From: Candidatus Omnitrophota bacterium
GTDB taxonomy: Bacteria > Omnitrophota > Omnitrophia > Omnitrophales > Aquincolibacteriaceae
Assembly: GCA_043803685.1 (NCBI GenBank)
Contig: JAZDJU010000037.1
Span: forward strand, 32,001-96,000
Length of the DNA stretch: 64,000 nt
Direction of reading: 5' to 3'
In this document: positions 28,983 to 42,356 of the stretch, in pieces
How the letters are laid out: each line of letters opens with the position of its first letter
Numbering within the stretch: the stretch's first letter is position 1
Program-made: the position numbers and the translations under genes
Notes under the pieces: generated by a model
What the model was told of the DNA's origin: nothing
The model's input: the letters and a program-made list of their open reading frames with translations, nothing else
Databases searched by the model: none

Positions 28983-29633
28983 CTAACGGATCTTTTCAAA
29001 GAGCGATTCTAGGACTTTCTGGACCGAGGGAGCATCGCCTCCCGCCGGAACATCGTGCAACAGTCCTTTGTTGCGATAAAAATCAACGAGCGGCTTTGTC
29101 GATTCCTGATAGACCTTGAGCCGATTCAGAATCGTTGCAGGTTCATCATCCTTGCGGGTCGTCAACTTCTCCCCGTCCACATCGCAAATCCCGTCCTTCT
29201 TCGGCGGCATATTACGAACGTGATAAATCTTCCCGCACTTGGGACAACCCCGACGACCCGAAAGGCGGTCGACAAGCACGTCATCCGACGTTACAAAATT
29301 GATCACGGCCGTTAATGCGATCTTTTCCGTGGAACAGAACTTTTCCAGCGCCTCGGCTTGCACGATCGTTCGAGGATAACCATCGAGAATAAAACCCTTG
29401 GAACTCTTTAAGGCGCCGACCTCATCGAACATCATGTTGTTCACAAGTTCGTCGGAAACAAGTTCGCCGCGTTCCATCACGGCCTTCGCCTTCAACCCAA
29501 GCGACGTACCTTCCTTGACATTTTTTCTTAAGATATCGCCCGCAGCCATCTGCAGCACGCCATACTTTTCGCAGACAACCTTGGCGTGGGTGCCTTTTCC
29601 GGCTCCCGGAGGGCCCAAGAAGATTAGATTCAT
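28983..29633 (-). CDS. adk: adenylate kinase
   Basis: GPPGAGKGT, LDGYPR, zinc lid CPKC..CDVD. Confidence 0.97.
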   Translation of the reverse strand: MNLIFLGPPGAGKGTHAKVVCEKYGVLQMAAGDILRKNVKEGTSLGLKAKAVMERGELVSDELVNNMMFDEVGALKSSKGFILDGYPRTIVQAEALEKFCSTEKIALTAVINFVTSDDVLVDRLSGRRGCPKCGKIYHVRNMPPKKDGICDVDGEKLTTRKDDEPATILNRLKVYQESTKPLVDFYRNKGLLHDVPAGGDAPSVQKVLESLFEKIR

Positions 29634-30985
29634 CAACGACGCCCCTTCAAACGGCCTCGTTTGATAAAGCCATCGTAGTGCCGCATGACGAGCTGGGATT
29701 CGACGGATTTCATCACGTCCAGAACGACGCCAACAATAATAAGCAGCCCGGTCCCACCGAAAAAACTCGCGATGAGGAACGGTATGTTCAGCACGTGCGT
29801 TGACGACACGATCTTCGGAAAAAGGGCTATCAACGCCAGGATCACGGCACCCGCGGTTGCGATCCTCGTCATTAAATAATCTAAATATTCAGCCGTGTTT
29901 TTTCCAGGACGGATCCCCGGTATAAAACCACCATATTTTTGAAGGTTATCACTCACTTCGATCGGATTGAACGTGATCGCCGTGTAAAAGAATGTGAAGA
30001 ATACGATCAGAATTGCGTCCAACGCCATATAACCTCCACTGCCGTAACTGATCGCTTGAGCGATCCTCGTGAAAGCCCCGGCGTTCGGAAAGAAACCCGC
30101 GATCGTCGCCGGGAACAAGATCACCGACTGAGCAAAAATGATGGGAATAACGCCTGCCTGGTTCACCTTGAGCGGCAGATACGTGCTTTGTCCCCCATAG
30201 GTCCTGTGTCCCCGGATCTGTTTTGCGTATTGGACCGGGATTTTTCGCTGTCCCTGGATAATGAGGATCAGAAAGATCACCGCCCCGACGAAAAGACCAC
30301 ACATGATCACGAACTTCCACCACGCAAGCTGCTGACGGGACGGATCGAGCGGCGAAAGAAGAACCCAGGTTTGCCGCAACGCTTCCGGAAGAGAATCAAT
30401 AATCCCCGCTGTGATAATGATCGACATCCCGTTCCCAATGCCGAAATTGTCGATCTGTTCACCTAGCCACATAATGAACGCCGTTCCCGTGGTCATGGTG
30501 AGCATACACATCAAACGAAAACCCCAACCCGGATCCGGCACAATGACCGATCCCCCGAACGCTGCAGGGTTTTCAAGCCAAAGGGCGATAAAGAACGTCT
30601 GCAAAATACTCAGAACGATCGTCCCGTAACGTGTGTACTGAATGATCTTCTTGCGACCCTCTTCACCTTCCTTGGCAAGTTTTTCCAAGGCGGGGATCAC
30701 GACCGTCAAAAGCTGAAGAATAATGGAAGCCGAGATATACGGCATGATCCCGAGCGCGAAGATCGTTGCTTTTTGAAGCGCGCCGCCGGTGAACATCCCC
30801 ATGAAACCCAAGAGGGAGCCGCCTGACATGTGCTGCTGGAAAAAACGCGCAAGCGCCACCCCATCGATACCCGGGGTCGGCAAATAAGTCCCCATGCGGT
30901 ACACGGCGATAATGCCGAGCGTGAAGAGGATCTTTTTACGTAGATCCGGGACTTTAAGAATATTTCCGAACGCGTGTAGCACCAA
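29633..30985 (-). CDS. secY: preprotein translocase SecY
   Basis: FALGIMPYISASII, GIGNG.S, IPGIRPG. Confidence 0.98.
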   Translation of the reverse strand: MVLHAFGNILKVPDLRKKILFTLGIIAVYRMGTYLPTPGIDGVALARFFQQHMSGGSLLGFMGMFTGGALQKATIFALGIMPYISASIILQLLTVVIPALEKLAKEGEEGRKKIIQYTRYGTIVLSILQTFFIALWLENPAAFGGSVIVPDPGWGFRLMCMLTMTTGTAFIMWLGEQIDNFGIGNGMSIIITAGIIDSLPEALRQTWVLLSPLDPSRQQLAWWKFVIMCGLFVGAVIFLILIIQGQRKIPVQYAKQIRGHRTYGGQSTYLPLKVNQAGVIPIIFAQSVILFPATIAGFFPNAGAFTRIAQAISYGSGGYMALDAILIVFFTFFYTAITFNPIEVSDNLQKYGGFIPGIRPGKNTAEYLDYLMTRIATAGAVILALIALFPKIVSSTHVLNIPFLIASFFGGTGLLIIVGVVLDVMKSVESQLVMRHYDGFIKRGRLKGRR

Positions 30986-31003
30986 AACTCCGTTCTATAT
31001 TGT

Positions 31004-31435
31004 TTACTTACCGATCAGGACGGCTTGACCGCCCTTGGCTTCGATCTTTGTTTTTGCGGAACCGCTGAAAAGATGGGCCTTCACCGTGACAGCTTTTTTG
31101 AGCTCCCCGGAGCCGAGGACCTTCAAGCCATCATGCAATTCTTTAATAACGTTCTTGGCGAGCAAGAGTTCCGGAGTGATCTCCTTGTCCTCAAGTTTTG
31201 CCAACGTCTGAAGATTGACAATCGCGTAGACTTTTTTGAACGCAGCGCGGTTAAAACCCCGCTTCGGAAGGCGACGGTAAAGAGGATTTTGTCCGCCCTC
31301 AAAGCCCGGGTTGAGCGCAAAGCCTGCACGGGCCCGCTGGCCCTTGTGCCCCTTAGTCGATGTTTTCCCGTGCCCGGAACCAATCCCGCATCCCAAGCGC
31401 TTTTTTCTTTTTTTGTAAGGAGTCTTGTGCCTCAT
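31004..31435 (-). CDS. rplO: 50S ribosomal protein L15
   Basis: [24 protein letters not shown]. Confidence 0.97.
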   Translation of the reverse strand: MRHKTPYKKRKKRLGCGIGSGHGKTSTKGHKGQRARAGFALNPGFEGGQNPLYRRLPKRGFNRAAFKKVYAIVNLQTLAKLEDKEITPELLLAKNVIKELHDGLKVLGSGELKKAVTVKAHLFSGSAKTKIEAKGGQAVLIGK

Positions 31436-32001
31436 GACGCTTTTTCGCTTTCTGTATCGTAACGCACTTTGCGGTCGACGAGAGCGGTCAACCCATTGAT
31501 CGTCGCCTTAAGAACATTAATGGAATTATCACTGCCAAGGCTCTTCGTTAAAATATCCTTGATCCCGCAAGCTTCACACGCCGCGCGCACCGACCCACCC
31601 GCGATGATCCCTGTACCGGGAGAAGCTGGTTTCAAAAGTACTTTCGCCGCGCCGTAGCGTCCGATCACCTCGTGTGGGATCGTGGTTCCCTTCAGAGTGA
31701 CCTTAATAATATTCTTACGAGCCGCGACAAGCGCCTTACGGATCGCATCCGCGACCTCGTTGGCCTTGCCTTGCGAATAGCCCAGTTGAGCGGCTCCGCC
31801 ACCCACCACCACCAACGCGCTGAATGAAAAACGTTTTCCGCCTTTAACAACCTTAGCGCAGCGGTTGACCTGAATGACCTTTTCATAGGTCGTCGAACCA
31901 TCCGCCGACATGGAGGGAGTTCGGGAAGATCTCGAGGGAGCCTGAGGAGCCCTCCCGCCTGTTCTTTGCTGTGTCTTCGGCGCTGCAGCTGTCTTTTCCA
32001 T
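31432..32001 (-). CDS. rpsE: 30S ribosomal protein S5
   Basis: [27 protein letters not shown]. Confidence 0.97.
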   Translation of the reverse strand: MEKTAAAPKTQQRTGGRAPQAPSRSSRTPSMSADGSTTYEKVIQVNRCAKVVKGGKRFSFSALVVVGGGAAQLGYSQGKANEVADAIRKALVAARKNIIKVTLKGTTIPHEVIGRYGAAKVLLKPASPGTGIIAGGSVRAACEACGIKDILTKSLGSDNSINVLKATINGLTALVDRKVRYDTESEKAS

Positions 32002-32030
32002 GCTTCGTGTATTTCCTTTCGGTAACTACT

Positions 32031-32393
32031 TTAGAATTGAATGCCGCCCTTACGGATGGCTTCAGCGACGGCCTTCACACGGCCATGGTAAAGATATCCG
32101 CCGCGATCAAACGAAATTTTTTGAACGCCTTTTTTCTTAAGCTGTTCAGCAAAAAGCTGCCCCAGCTGCTCGGACACGTGGATCTTTCCTTTTTTCGTGG
32201 CGGCTTTCGCAACCGTTTCATCCAAAGAAGACAACGAAGCGATGGTCTTCTGAGAAACATCATCGATCGCTTGCACGAAAATATTTTTCAGGGAACGGTG
32301 CACGACCACCCGAGGCCTCTCGGACGACCCCGTGATCTTCACTCGGACCCGACGATGCCTTTGGATCCTTCCCCACTCTTTATCTTGCGACAT
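32031..32393 (-). CDS. rplR: 50S ribosomal protein L18
   Basis: FDRGGYLYHGRVKA. Confidence 0.97.
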   Translation of the reverse strand: MSQDKEWGRIQRHRRVRVKITGSSERPRVVVHRSLKNIFVQAIDDVSQKTIASLSSLDETVAKAATKKGKIHVSEQLGQLFAEQLKKKGVQKISFDRGGYLYHGRVKAVAEAIRKGGIQF

Positions 32394-32493
32394 AAGCTCT
32401 TAACTCCTCTGCACTGCGTTACTATTGGGTCTATAGATTCGTGGTACAGCACCGCGATCTATAAAAATTTAACTATGACGGAACTCGCCTGGA

Positions 32494-33030
32494 TTAACTG
32501 ACTGTTTTACCCTGTTTGCGACGCACATGCTCGCCCAGGTAGCGAATTCCCTTGCCTTTGTAAGGCTCGGGTTTCATAAAGCTTCGGATCTCCGCCGCTG
32601 TCTGCCCCACGCGCTGTTTGTCAGCTCCGGTAATAACGATCGAAGTCGGCTTCGGACATTTGATCTCCACGTCTTTGCCGAACGCATAATCGATAGGATG
32701 GGTAAATCCGAGCAAGAGTGTCAACATGGTATCTTTCACGGAAGCTTTCATGCCGACGCCGACGATCTCGAGTTCCTTGGAATAACCCTGCGTCACTCCA
32801 ATGACCATATTCTGGATCAAACTGCGCGTCAGACCATGAAGCGCACGATCGGTGCGGATATCCGTGGGACGAGTGACCGTAACTTCCGTGCCATCGACCT
32901 TGACCGTTATGCGCGGATGTACGTTCATGGCGAGTTCACCCTTCGGGCCTTGGACCTTGAGGGTTGTTCCTTGAACAGCCACTTTAACTTTTTCGGGGAT
33001 CGTTACTGGTTTTCTTCCGATGCGTGACAT
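32494..33030 (-). CDS. rplF: 50S ribosomal protein L6
   Basis: MSRIG, PEPYKGKGIRY. Confidence 0.98.
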   Translation of the reverse strand: MSRIGRKPVTIPEKVKVAVQGTTLKVQGPKGELAMNVHPRITVKVDGTEVTVTRPTDIRTDRALHGLTRSLIQNMVIGVTQGYSKELEIVGVGMKASVKDTMLTLLLGFTHPIDYAFGKDVEIKCPKPTSIVITGADKQRVGQTAAEIRSFMKPEPYKGKGIRYLGEHVRRKQGKTVS

Positions 33031-33061
33031 AATTCCCTTTTGCTATCCGCTTAATGGATCT

Positions 33062-33463
33062 TTACCAAACTGTGCAAAGAATTTCACCGCCGGCCTTGGC
33101 TTCACGAGCCTGCCGTCCGGTTAAAACGCCCTTAGGCGTTGAAAGGATCGCCACCCCGAATCCTCCGAGAACTTTCGGAATCTCCTGATATCCGACATAA
33201 CGGCGCAACCCCGGCGTCGAGATGCGCTTCAGCCCCTGGATCGCTGCCTTTTTACCCCCAGGAAGATACTTCAGATGGATGCGCACAAAATTCTTATTCC
33301 CATCGTTGAACGGCTTCACGTTCTCGATGAAACCCTCTTTCTTCAAAAGCTCCGCGATCCGTACCGTGATCACCGAAGCCGGAGCGGTCAACTTCTCTTT
33401 ATGCGCCTTCGAGGCGTTGCGGATCGATGTTAAAAAATCTCCGATAAAATCATAGCGCGACAT
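33062..33463 (-). CDS. rpsH: 30S ribosomal protein S8
   Basis: ISTPGLRRY, STPKGV. Confidence 0.97.
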   Translation of the reverse strand: MSRYDFIGDFLTSIRNASKAHKEKLTAPASVITVRIAELLKKEGFIENVKPFNDGNKNFVRIHLKYLPGGKKAAIQGLKRISTPGLRRYVGYQEIPKVLGGFGVAILSTPKGVLTGRQAREAKAGGEILCTVW

Positions 33464-33481
33464 GAAAACCTTTCCTCCTGA

Positions 33482-33667
33482 TTACCAGCTGGATTTGACC
33501 ACGCCCGGCAGCATGCCCGTGTTAGCTAATTCCCGGAAACAGATACGGCAGATTGAAAATTTCCGGATATAGCCGCGCGGACGTCCACACCTCTGGCAGC
33601 GGTTGTACTTTCTGACCTTGAACTTCGGTTCGAGCCTCTGTTTGACGACCAAACAAGTCTTTGCCAT
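33482..33667 (-). CDS. rpsN: 30S ribosomal protein S14 (zinc-binding type)
   Basis: RCQRCGR..CRICFRE, GVVKSSW. Confidence 0.97.
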   Translation of the reverse strand: MAKTCLVVKQRLEPKFKVRKYNRCQRCGRPRGYIRKFSICRICFRELANTGMLPGVVKSSW

Positions 33668-33677
33668 TTGAAATCCC

Positions 33678-34238
33678 TTATTTCCTGAAAGGAAAGCCCA
33701 TCAACTCAAGGAGCCGCTTTCCTTCTTTGCTGTTCTTGGCCGTGGTCACAAACGTGATGTCCATGCCCTGGGTCTTCTTCATCTTATCAAATTCAACTTC
33801 CGCGAAGATCGTCTGTTCAGTGAGACCGATCGTGAAATTCCCGCGTTGGTCAAAACTCTTATCCAGAAATCCTCGAAAGTCACGAATACGCGGCATGGCA
33901 AAGTTAAAAAGGCGGTCCATGAACTCGTACATACGGCTTCTCCGGAGCGTGACCTTCAGTCCGATCGGAGAACCTTCGCGAAGCTTGAACGCAGAAATCG
34001 ATTTTTTCGCGCGAGTCACCACCGGCTTTTGTCCGACGATACGCGAGAGCTCGATCGCAAGCTGATCCAGGATCTTGATATCCTCCTGACCTTCTTTCAC
34101 CCCCATATTGACAACGATCTTCACCATCTGAGGCGCTTGCATGTAATTCTCATAGCCGAACTCTTTAAGGAGAACAGGAGCTACGTCCGTGCGGTATTTC
34201 TCGAGCAATCTTGGGAGTACGGTCACTTTTTGATTCAT
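33678..34238 (-). CDS. rplE: 50S ribosomal protein L5
   Basis: [16 protein letters not shown]. Confidence 0.98.
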   Translation of the reverse strand: MNQKVTVLPRLLEKYRTDVAPVLLKEFGYENYMQAPQMVKIVVNMGVKEGQEDIKILDQLAIELSRIVGQKPVVTRAKKSISAFKLREGSPIGLKVTLRRSRMYEFMDRLFNFAMPRIRDFRGFLDKSFDQRGNFTIGLTEQTIFAEVEFDKMKKTQGMDITFVTTAKNSKEGKRLLELMGFPFRK

Positions 34239-34243
34239 GTTGT

Positions 34244-34552
34244 TTATAAAACCTCACCTGACGCTTTAATAATACGGTGCTTGGTCCCGTCCGCAAGAAT
34301 GGAATACCCGACGCGGGACGGCTTCCCACTGCGCGGGCAAATGAGCTTCACGTTCGAAATATGGAGCTTCCCTTCCATCTTGGTAATCCCGCCCTTCGGA
34401 TTTTCCTGACTCTTACGCAGAAAACACGTCCGGTAATTGATCTTCTCGATCAAAAGCCTGCCCTCTTTCGGGAACGTGCGCATCACGCGGCCTTTTTTCC
34501 CGGCATCCTTCCCCTTGGTCACCATCACTTCATCACCTTTACGAATCTTCAT
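34244..34552 (-). CDS. rplX: 50S ribosomal protein L24
   Basis: KOW motif IRKGDEV.V..GKD.GK.G. Confidence 0.96.
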   Translation of the reverse strand: MKIRKGDEVMVTKGKDAGKKGRVMRTFPKEGRLLIEKINYRTCFLRKSQENPKGGITKMEGKLHISNVKLICPRSGKPSRVGYSILADGTKHRIIKASGEVL

Positions 34553-34555
34553 AAC

Positions 34556-34924
34556 TTAAACGACCTCCGGCGCGAGTGAGATGATCTTGGAAAAATCGCA
34601 GTCGCGAAGCTCACGTGCCACGGGGCCAAAAATACGTGTGCCGCGCGGGTTCTTCTGGTTATCGATCAATACAATCGCGTTCGAAGAAAATTTCACGGAA
34701 GAGCCGTCCTTGCGACGGACCGGGGACTTCGTCCTCACGACCACCGCCCTCACAACCTCTCCTTTTTTGACCGCTCCGCTCGGAAGTGCTTCCTTGACCG
34801 ACGCGGTGATAATGTCTCCCACTTCGGCGGAACGCTTACTGTGACGTCCGATCACGCCGATCATTGCTGCTTTTTTCGCGCCGCTGTTATCGGCGATCTC
34901 AAGAACGCTTCGCATCTGGATCAT
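34556..34924 (-). CDS. rplN: 50S ribosomal protein L14
   Basis: [19 protein letters not shown]; start at MIQ 34924. Confidence 0.98.
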   Translation of the reverse strand: MIQMRSVLEIADNSGAKKAAMIGVIGRHSKRSAEVGDIITASVKEALPSGAVKKGEVVRAVVVRTKSPVRRKDGSSVKFSSNAIVLIDNQKNPRGTRIFGPVARELRDCDFSKIISLAPEVV

Positions 34925-35184
34925 GACGGCAGCACCTTTACGAGACGCCAACGCTTGGTTTTGGAAAGCGGCCGGGTCTCAACGATCTGGACGCGATCCC
35001 CTTCCTTCACCTCGTTCTTTTCATCATGCGCAAAATACTTCACGTGGCGTTTGATGATCTTTTTGAATTTGGAATGCGTCAACAGACGCGTCACAAGTAC
35101 CGAGATGGTCTTGTTCATCTTGGCGCTGACGACCACACCCTCGCGAATTCGCTTTCCTTGAGCATCCGTCTTGGTCTCGGTCAT
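34921..35184 (-). CDS. rpsQ: 30S ribosomal protein S17
   Basis: [20 protein letters not shown]. Confidence 0.97.
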   Translation of the reverse strand: MTETKTDAQGKRIREGVVVSAKMNKTISVLVTRLLTHSKFKKIIKRHVKYFAHDEKNEVKEGDRVQIVETRPLSKTKRWRLVKVLPS

Positions 35185-35387
35185 GACTTTTTCTCGCCTT
35201 TCATCTTTTCAGTGATCACGGTCTTGACACGCGCGATATCGCGCTTAGCTTCCTTGAGAGTGGAATGGCGTTCGAGCTTGCCGGTCTTATGTTGGAACCG
35301 GAGCTGCATCAAACCTTTCTTGAGGCCATTGACCTTCTCATTCAATTCCGTAACGCTTAGCTCTTTTAACTCCGCAACTTTTAACAT
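35181..35387 (-). CDS. rpmC: 50S ribosomal protein L29
   Basis: [16 protein letters not shown]. Confidence 0.95.
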   Translation of the reverse strand: MLKVAELKELSVTELNEKVNGLKKGLMQLRFQHKTGKLERHSTLKEAKRDIARVKTVITEKMKGEKKS

Positions 35388-35388
35388 A

Positions 35389-35808
35389 TTAAACCGCTAC
35401 CTCACGTTTCACGAATTTTGTACGGAACGGGATCTTATGAGCGCAAAGCCTCATGGCGGAACGCGCCATCTCTTCAGGAACGCCCCCCATCTCAAAAAGG
35501 ATCTTGCCGGGCTTAACGACTGCGACGTAATGCGACGGAGCCGCTTTTCCTTTACCCATGCGCGTCTCAGCCGGTTTTTTTGAAACCGATTTATCCGGGA
35601 ACACACGCAGCCAGATCTTGCCGCCGCGTTTGACGTGACGCGTCAAAGCCACACGAGCCGCCTCGATCTGAACTCCCGTTAACCAATGACAGGAAAGCGC
35701 TTTTAGACCGAAATCCCCAAAAGACAGCTCACTCCCACGCGTGGCAACCCCGCGCATCCACCCGCGCTGCTGCTTTCGGAATTTAACCCTTTTAGGCTGT
35801 AGGGGCAT
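35389..35808 (-). CDS. rplP: 50S ribosomal protein L16
   Basis: [20 protein letters not shown]; start re-assigned to MPLQPK. Confidence 0.97.
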   Translation of the reverse strand: MPLQPKRVKFRKQQRGWMRGVATRGSELSFGDFGLKALSCHWLTGVQIEAARVALTRHVKRGGKIWLRVFPDKSVSKKPAETRMGKGKAAPSHYVAVVKPGKILFEMGGVPEEMARSAMRLCAHKIPFRTKFVKREVAV

Positions 35809-36556
35809 CGCTCTTATTCTCCTGCGTCCCGCTATGAGGGGTCGCTTCCGTAGTTTCCGTTTTCTGGATCTCTTCTTCCACGACTTTAAATTTTTTCTCA
35901 AGCTCGAGCTTTTGAGCTTCCTGTTCTTTCTTCACAAGCACATCTCCCTTATAGATCCAGGTCTTGCAACCAATGGTCCCATAGGTCGTGAAGGCTTCGG
36001 CAAAACCGTAATCAATGTCTGCGCGGAAAGTGCTGAGCGGAACTTTTCCCTCATGATATTTCTCCTCGCGGGCGATCTCCGCTCCTCCGAGACGTCCCTT
36101 GCACTGAACTTTGATACCTAGGGCACCCTTCTGCATCGCGAGCTGAATGGATTTTTTCATCGCGCGACGGAAACCGATACGTTTTTCAAGCTGCAGGACG
36201 ATATTTTCGGCCACGAGCTGCGCATCGATCTGCGGCATCTTCACTTCCTTGATGTCTAGAAACACTTCATTCTTCGTCAAAGCCGCGAGATCTTCTTTGA
36301 TCTTATCGATCTCTTGCCCGCGGCGGCCAATGATCACACCGGGCTTGGCCGCAAAAATACGGATGCGAATACGGTTCGACGCACGGTCGATCTCGATCGA
36401 GGAGATGCCGGCAATAGCCAACTTCTTCTTCAAATAAGCTCGGATCTTAAGATCTTCCATGAGAATCGTCCCGGCATCACGCTTGGCGAACCAACGCGCT
36501 TTCCAGGGCTTGATATACCCAAGCCGTAAACCGTAAGGATGCACTTTCTGACCCAA
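35792..36556 (-). CDS. rpsC: 30S ribosomal protein S3
   Basis: [21 protein letters not shown]. Confidence 0.98.
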   Translation of the reverse strand: MGQKVHPYGLRLGYIKPWKARWFAKRDAGTILMEDLKIRAYLKKKLAIAGISSIEIDRASNRIRIRIFAAKPGVIIGRRGQEIDKIKEDLAALTKNEVFLDIKEVKMPQIDAQLVAENIVLQLEKRIGFRRAMKKSIQLAMQKGALGIKVQCKGRLGGAEIAREEKYHEGKVPLSTFRADIDYGFAEAFTTYGTIGCKTWIYKGDVLVKKEQEAQKLELEKKFKVVEEEIQKTETTEATPHSGTQENKSDAPTA

Positions 36557-36583
36557 AATAACCTCCCTTAGACTTCGTTCTTT

Positions 36584-37043
36584 TTAAGCCGCAGTAGCGG
36601 TTTTTTTCTTACTTGTCGTTTTCGCGTCTTCCGGCGTTCTTCCGCACCAGATGTGTTCCCCTTCACGAACTTCCACCGTCAAGTGGGTAGTCCGTTTCAG
36701 GATCTTATCCGCACGCCCCATCGAACGGGTGAGGAACCGCTTGAACACTGGCCCACCGTCAGCGCGAACATTCGAAACATAAAGACGATTTTCATTCAGT
36801 CCCAGGTTCTTAGCATTCGCGATAGCGCTTTTCAGCGTCTTGACCGCAAGTTTCGCACCCTTTTTTTTTAAGAAGCATCAGGATCCCGACCGCTTCCAGA
36901 GCCGGCTGCCGGCGGATCGTATCGATCACAAGACGCATCTTTCGCGGGGCGATCCTAATATGCTTCGTGAGCGACCGGACCACGCGCGGCGACGGCGCGA
37001 CCATTTGTTTCACTTCTTTGATTTCTTTTTTTTCTTTAGCCAT
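36584..37043 (-). CDS. rplV: 50S ribosomal protein L22, split by one extra base in an A9 run
   Basis: N-half IRIAPRKMRLV; removing one A at 36861-36869 gives KSAIANA...GRADKILKRTTHLTV and a 152-aa protein. Confidence 0.93.
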
Positions 37044-37057
37044 GATGTTCTTTCAGA

Positions 37058-37357
37058 TCAAGTCGTTGAGCCGGAGGCAAGGGCTTTCGCCTTATCGCCC
37101 GAAGCACTATGCTTTCTGAACGTTCGCGTCGGAGAGAATTCCCCGACCTTGTGTCCGACCATATTCTCAGTCACGAACACATTGATAAAAGTTTTTCCGT
37201 TATGGACCGACAGCGTCACGCCGATGAACTCCGGTGTGATCGTAGAACGCCGCGACCATGTTTTGATGGGGCGACGATCCTTCTTTTGATTTGCGGTCTG
37301 GACCTTGCCTAAAAGTCTGTCGTCAACGTAGACGCCTTTTTTTGCTGAACGGCTCAT
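37058..37357 (-). CDS. rpsS: 30S ribosomal protein S19
   Basis: [20 protein letters not shown]. Confidence 0.98.
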   Translation of the reverse strand: MSRSAKKGVYVDDRLLGKVQTANQKKDRRPIKTWSRRSTITPEFIGVTLSVHNGKTFINVFVTENMVGHKVGEFSPTRTFRKHSASGDKAKALASGSTT

Positions 37358-38181
37358 TTTCTGCGATCCTTCACGATGTATTTGTTCGATGCCTTATAGC
37401 GCTTGCGCGTCTTGAGACCCTTCGACTTCTGCCCTGTCGGACTCTGGGGATGATTCCCGCCCTTTGACTTACCCTCACCGCCACCCAACGGATGGTCGAC
37501 TGGGTTACGCGCCACACCACGTGAAACAGGACGACGTCCCAACCACCGTGCACGTCCAGCTTTCCCAAGAACAATATTCTCATGGTCGATATTGGAGCAC
37601 TGCCCGATCGTCGCGTACGACTTTGCCGGGACAAGCCTCACTTCTCCCGAGGGAAGTTTAATATGCGCCATATTATTCTCCTTCGCAAGGATCTGTGCCA
37701 CGACACCCCCGGCACGCGCCAACTTACCTCCCAGTCCAGGACGAAGCTCGATATTGTGGATCATGGATCCTTCAGGGATCTTCTCAAGCGGCAAATGATT
37801 CCCAACCTTTACATCCACATCCGGCCCGCTCACAACTTTCTCGCCGACTTTGAGACCGTCCGGACAAAGAATATAGCTCTTGAGCCCGTCCGTATACTGG
37901 ACAAGCGCGATGCGTGCGCTTCGGTTAGGATCATATTCCACGGTCAAAACCGTGGCTTCCATACCGATACGATTCCGCCTGAAATCGATCAAACGAATAC
38001 GCCGCTTATGCCCGCCCCCAATGCGACGCGAAGTGATATGACCATGGTTGTTACGTCCGCCCGAGCCTTTTTTAATATAGGTCAAAGGTTTATAAGGACG
38101 ATCCGTGGTAATCTCCACAAAATCAGAAACGTTTCCGTATCGCCGCGTCGGTGTTGTTGGTTTAAATTTAATGAGTCCCAT
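37354..38181 (-). CDS. rplB: 50S ribosomal protein L2
   Basis: [24 protein letters not shown]. Confidence 0.98.
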   Translation of the reverse strand: MGLIKFKPTTPTRRYGNVSDFVEITTDRPYKPLTYIKKGSGGRNNHGHITSRRIGGGHKRRIRLIDFRRNRIGMEATVLTVEYDPNRSARIALVQYTDGLKSYILCPDGLKVGEKVVSGPDVDVKVGNHLPLEKIPEGSMIHNIELRPGLGGKLARAGGVVAQILAKENNMAHIKLPSGEVRLVPAKSYATIGQCSNIDHENIVLGKAGRARWLGRRPVSRGVARNPVDHPLGGGEGKSKGGNHPQSPTGQKSKGLKTRKRYKASNKYIVKDRRK

Positions 38182-38197
38182 AAATCCTTTTCTCTTT

Positions 38198-38485
38198 TTA
38201 CTTCGTCAGATCGATCTTTTCGCCCTTTTTCAGGGTCACGATCGCCTTTTTCCAGGCCGCCGTCTGTCCGGGCACGTGACGCACGCGACGCCATTTCCCA
38301 GAAACATTCATCGTGTTCACACTTTCCACGTGGACCTCGAAGATCTTCTCGATGGCCGCTTTCACTTCTTTTTTATTCGCTTGCGGATGCACACGGAACC
38401 CATACTGGCTCGCAACCTCGGCAGCCTTGGACAGCTTCTCAGTGATCCAAGGCTCGATCACAACATCGTAAAGATTAAGCTTCAT
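38198..38485 (-). CDS. rplW: 50S ribosomal protein L23
   Basis: P.ITEK, WKKAIVTL. Confidence 0.96.
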   Translation of the reverse strand: MKLNLYDVVIEPWITEKLSKAAEVASQYGFRVHPQANKKEVKAAIEKIFEVHVESVNTMNVSGKWRRVRHVPGQTAAWKKAIVTLKKGEKIDLTK

Positions 38486-39131
38486 TCGACTTCTCCTTCA
38501 CCGTTACCGCTAACCGCTTTTCAATCAATTCGATCGCGGCCTCATCGATCACAAGTTTTCCGCGCTGCATCACATCATACGCCGTGAAATCCGAAGCCTC
38601 TTTCACAGCGATCTTCTCGCGAAAATTGCGAGTCGCTCGTTTAAAAATCGGGGTCGCTTCCTTGACAATATAAAGAGCCCGCTTCTTCGAGATCGGCAAC
38701 GCTTTCACGATCGCTGCGAATTCCTTGGTTTTTGAAGTCTCGAGCTTCACCGCCTCAAGCAGGATCAGATTCTTTTCCTCAGCTCGCTTGCTCAGCATCA
38801 CCCTCAAAGCCAGGTTCCGGATCGTTTTGGATAAGTTAACGGTGTAATCCCTCTGATGAGGACCAAACACCGTACCTCCACCCACCCAGATCGGAGAACG
38901 GCTCGAACCAGCGCGCGCCCGTCCAGTCCCTTTTTGCTTCCAAGGCTTTTTTCCGCCACCACGCACCTCACCGCGTGTTTTGGTGTCGACAGTCCCCTTA
39001 CGGAGATTGCCCGAGTAAGCATTTCTCACAAGCTCCAAAAGGCGGTCGTTAGCCCGAACCCCGAAGATTTCGGGATTCAAAACCACCTCTTGTTTCTTCT
39101 TACCCTCTTTTGAGTAAAGAAGCACTTTCAT
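38475..39131 (-). CDS. rplD: 50S ribosomal protein L4
   Basis: [15 protein letters not shown]. Confidence 0.97.
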   Translation of the reverse strand: MKVLLYSKEGKKKQEVVLNPEIFGVRANDRLLELVRNAYSGNLRKGTVDTKTRGEVRGGGKKPWKQKGTGRARAGSSRSPIWVGGGTVFGPHQRDYTVNLSKTIRNLALRVMLSKRAEEKNLILLEAVKLETSKTKEFAAIVKALPISKKRALYIVKEATPIFKRATRNFREKIAVKEASDFTAYDVMQRGKLVIDEAAIELIEKRLAVTVKEKSNEA

Positions 39132-39214
39132 CTCTTATGCCTTTCTTTCGATCCTTAGATCGTTCAACCTGAGCTTAACTACTAGGAGCGTGCTTTCGTT
39201 CCGTCTTGAGGTTT

Positions 39215-39934
39215 TTAAGCTTTGGAAGTTTCCGAGGAAGTTTCCTTCGGGGACTCCTGCTTACCACTTCTCACTTTCCAGGAACTTTTCCTGCCGCGCT
39301 TAAGCGCGCTACGAATGATCAAATACCCACCTTCGGCGCCCGGGACACTACCGCTAAGCGCAAGCAAATGATTCTCCGCATCCACTTTCATAACCTTAAG
39401 ATTATGTATACAGATATTTTCGTCGCCCATATGACCGGGAAGCCCTTTGCCCTTACGGACTTTTTTACGGCAACCCACGCCGCCGGCTTTTGATCCGATA
39501 GAGCCCGGTACGCGACCAAACATGGAACCATGACTCGAACTCGCGCCGCCTTTATAATTGAGACGCTTTACGACACCCTGGAATCCTTTTCCGATGGAGA
39601 CGCCTTCAATGTCCACATATTCCCCGATCTCAAAGTTCTCTGCGCGGAGCTCGCTGCCGACACTTAAATTCGCAATGTCTTCCGTTCTGATCTCACGAAT
39701 AAATCTTACCGGCGGAACATTCGCCTTACGAAGCGCACCCAACTTGGGCTTGTTCAGGGTCTTCTCCCTGACAACATCAAATCCAAGCTGAACGCCAAGA
39801 TACCCATTCTTCTCCTTGGTGCGAAGCGCCGTCACAAAACACGGCCCCACCTCCACCACTGTCACCGGAATCTGCTGACCTTCGCCGTCGAAGATTTGGG
39901 ACATTCCGACTTTCTTACCTAGTAGACCGATCAT
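39215..39934 (-). CDS. rplC: 50S ribosomal protein L3
   Basis: [27 protein letters not shown]. Confidence 0.97.
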   Translation of the reverse strand: MIGLLGKKVGMSQIFDGEGQQIPVTVVEVGPCFVTALRTKEKNGYLGVQLGFDVVREKTLNKPKLGALRKANVPPVRFIREIRTEDIANLSVGSELRAENFEIGEYVDIEGVSIGKGFQGVVKRLNYKGGASSSHGSMFGRVPGSIGSKAGGVGCRKKVRKGKGLPGHMGDENICIHNLKVMKVDAENHLLALSGSVPGAEGGYLIIRSALKRGRKSSWKVRSGKQESPKETSSETSKA

Positions 39935-39945
39935 AATTTTCTCTT

Positions 39946-40260
39946 TTACAGTTTAATTTCAACATCCACGCCTGCCGGGAGGTCGAGTTTCATCAACGCG
40001 TCCACGGTTCGGGAAGTCGGTTCTTCGAGTTCAATAAGACGCTTATGCGTCCGGATCTCAAATTGATCGCGAGCTTTTTTATCGATATGCGGCCCACGGA
40101 GCACCGTCGTTTTCCAAACATGCGTCGGAAGAGGGATCGGACCGATCACCTTCGCGCCGGTCTTCTTCGCAGTTCCCACGATCTCCTGGACCGACTGATC
40201 CAACACGCGGTGGTCATACGCTTTTAATTTGATACGGATCTTTTCTTTAGTTTGCGCCAT
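39946..40260 (-). CDS. rpsJ: 30S ribosomal protein S10
   Basis: [26 protein letters not shown]. Confidence 0.98.
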   Translation of the reverse strand: MAQTKEKIRIKLKAYDHRVLDQSVQEIVGTAKKTGAKVIGPIPLPTHVWKTTVLRGPHIDKKARDQFEIRTHKRLIELEEPTSRTVDALMKLDLPAGVDVEIKL

Positions 40261-40265
40261 TTTTT

Positions 40266-42347
<2,082 letters not shown>

Positions 42348-42356
42348 TTTAAATAC

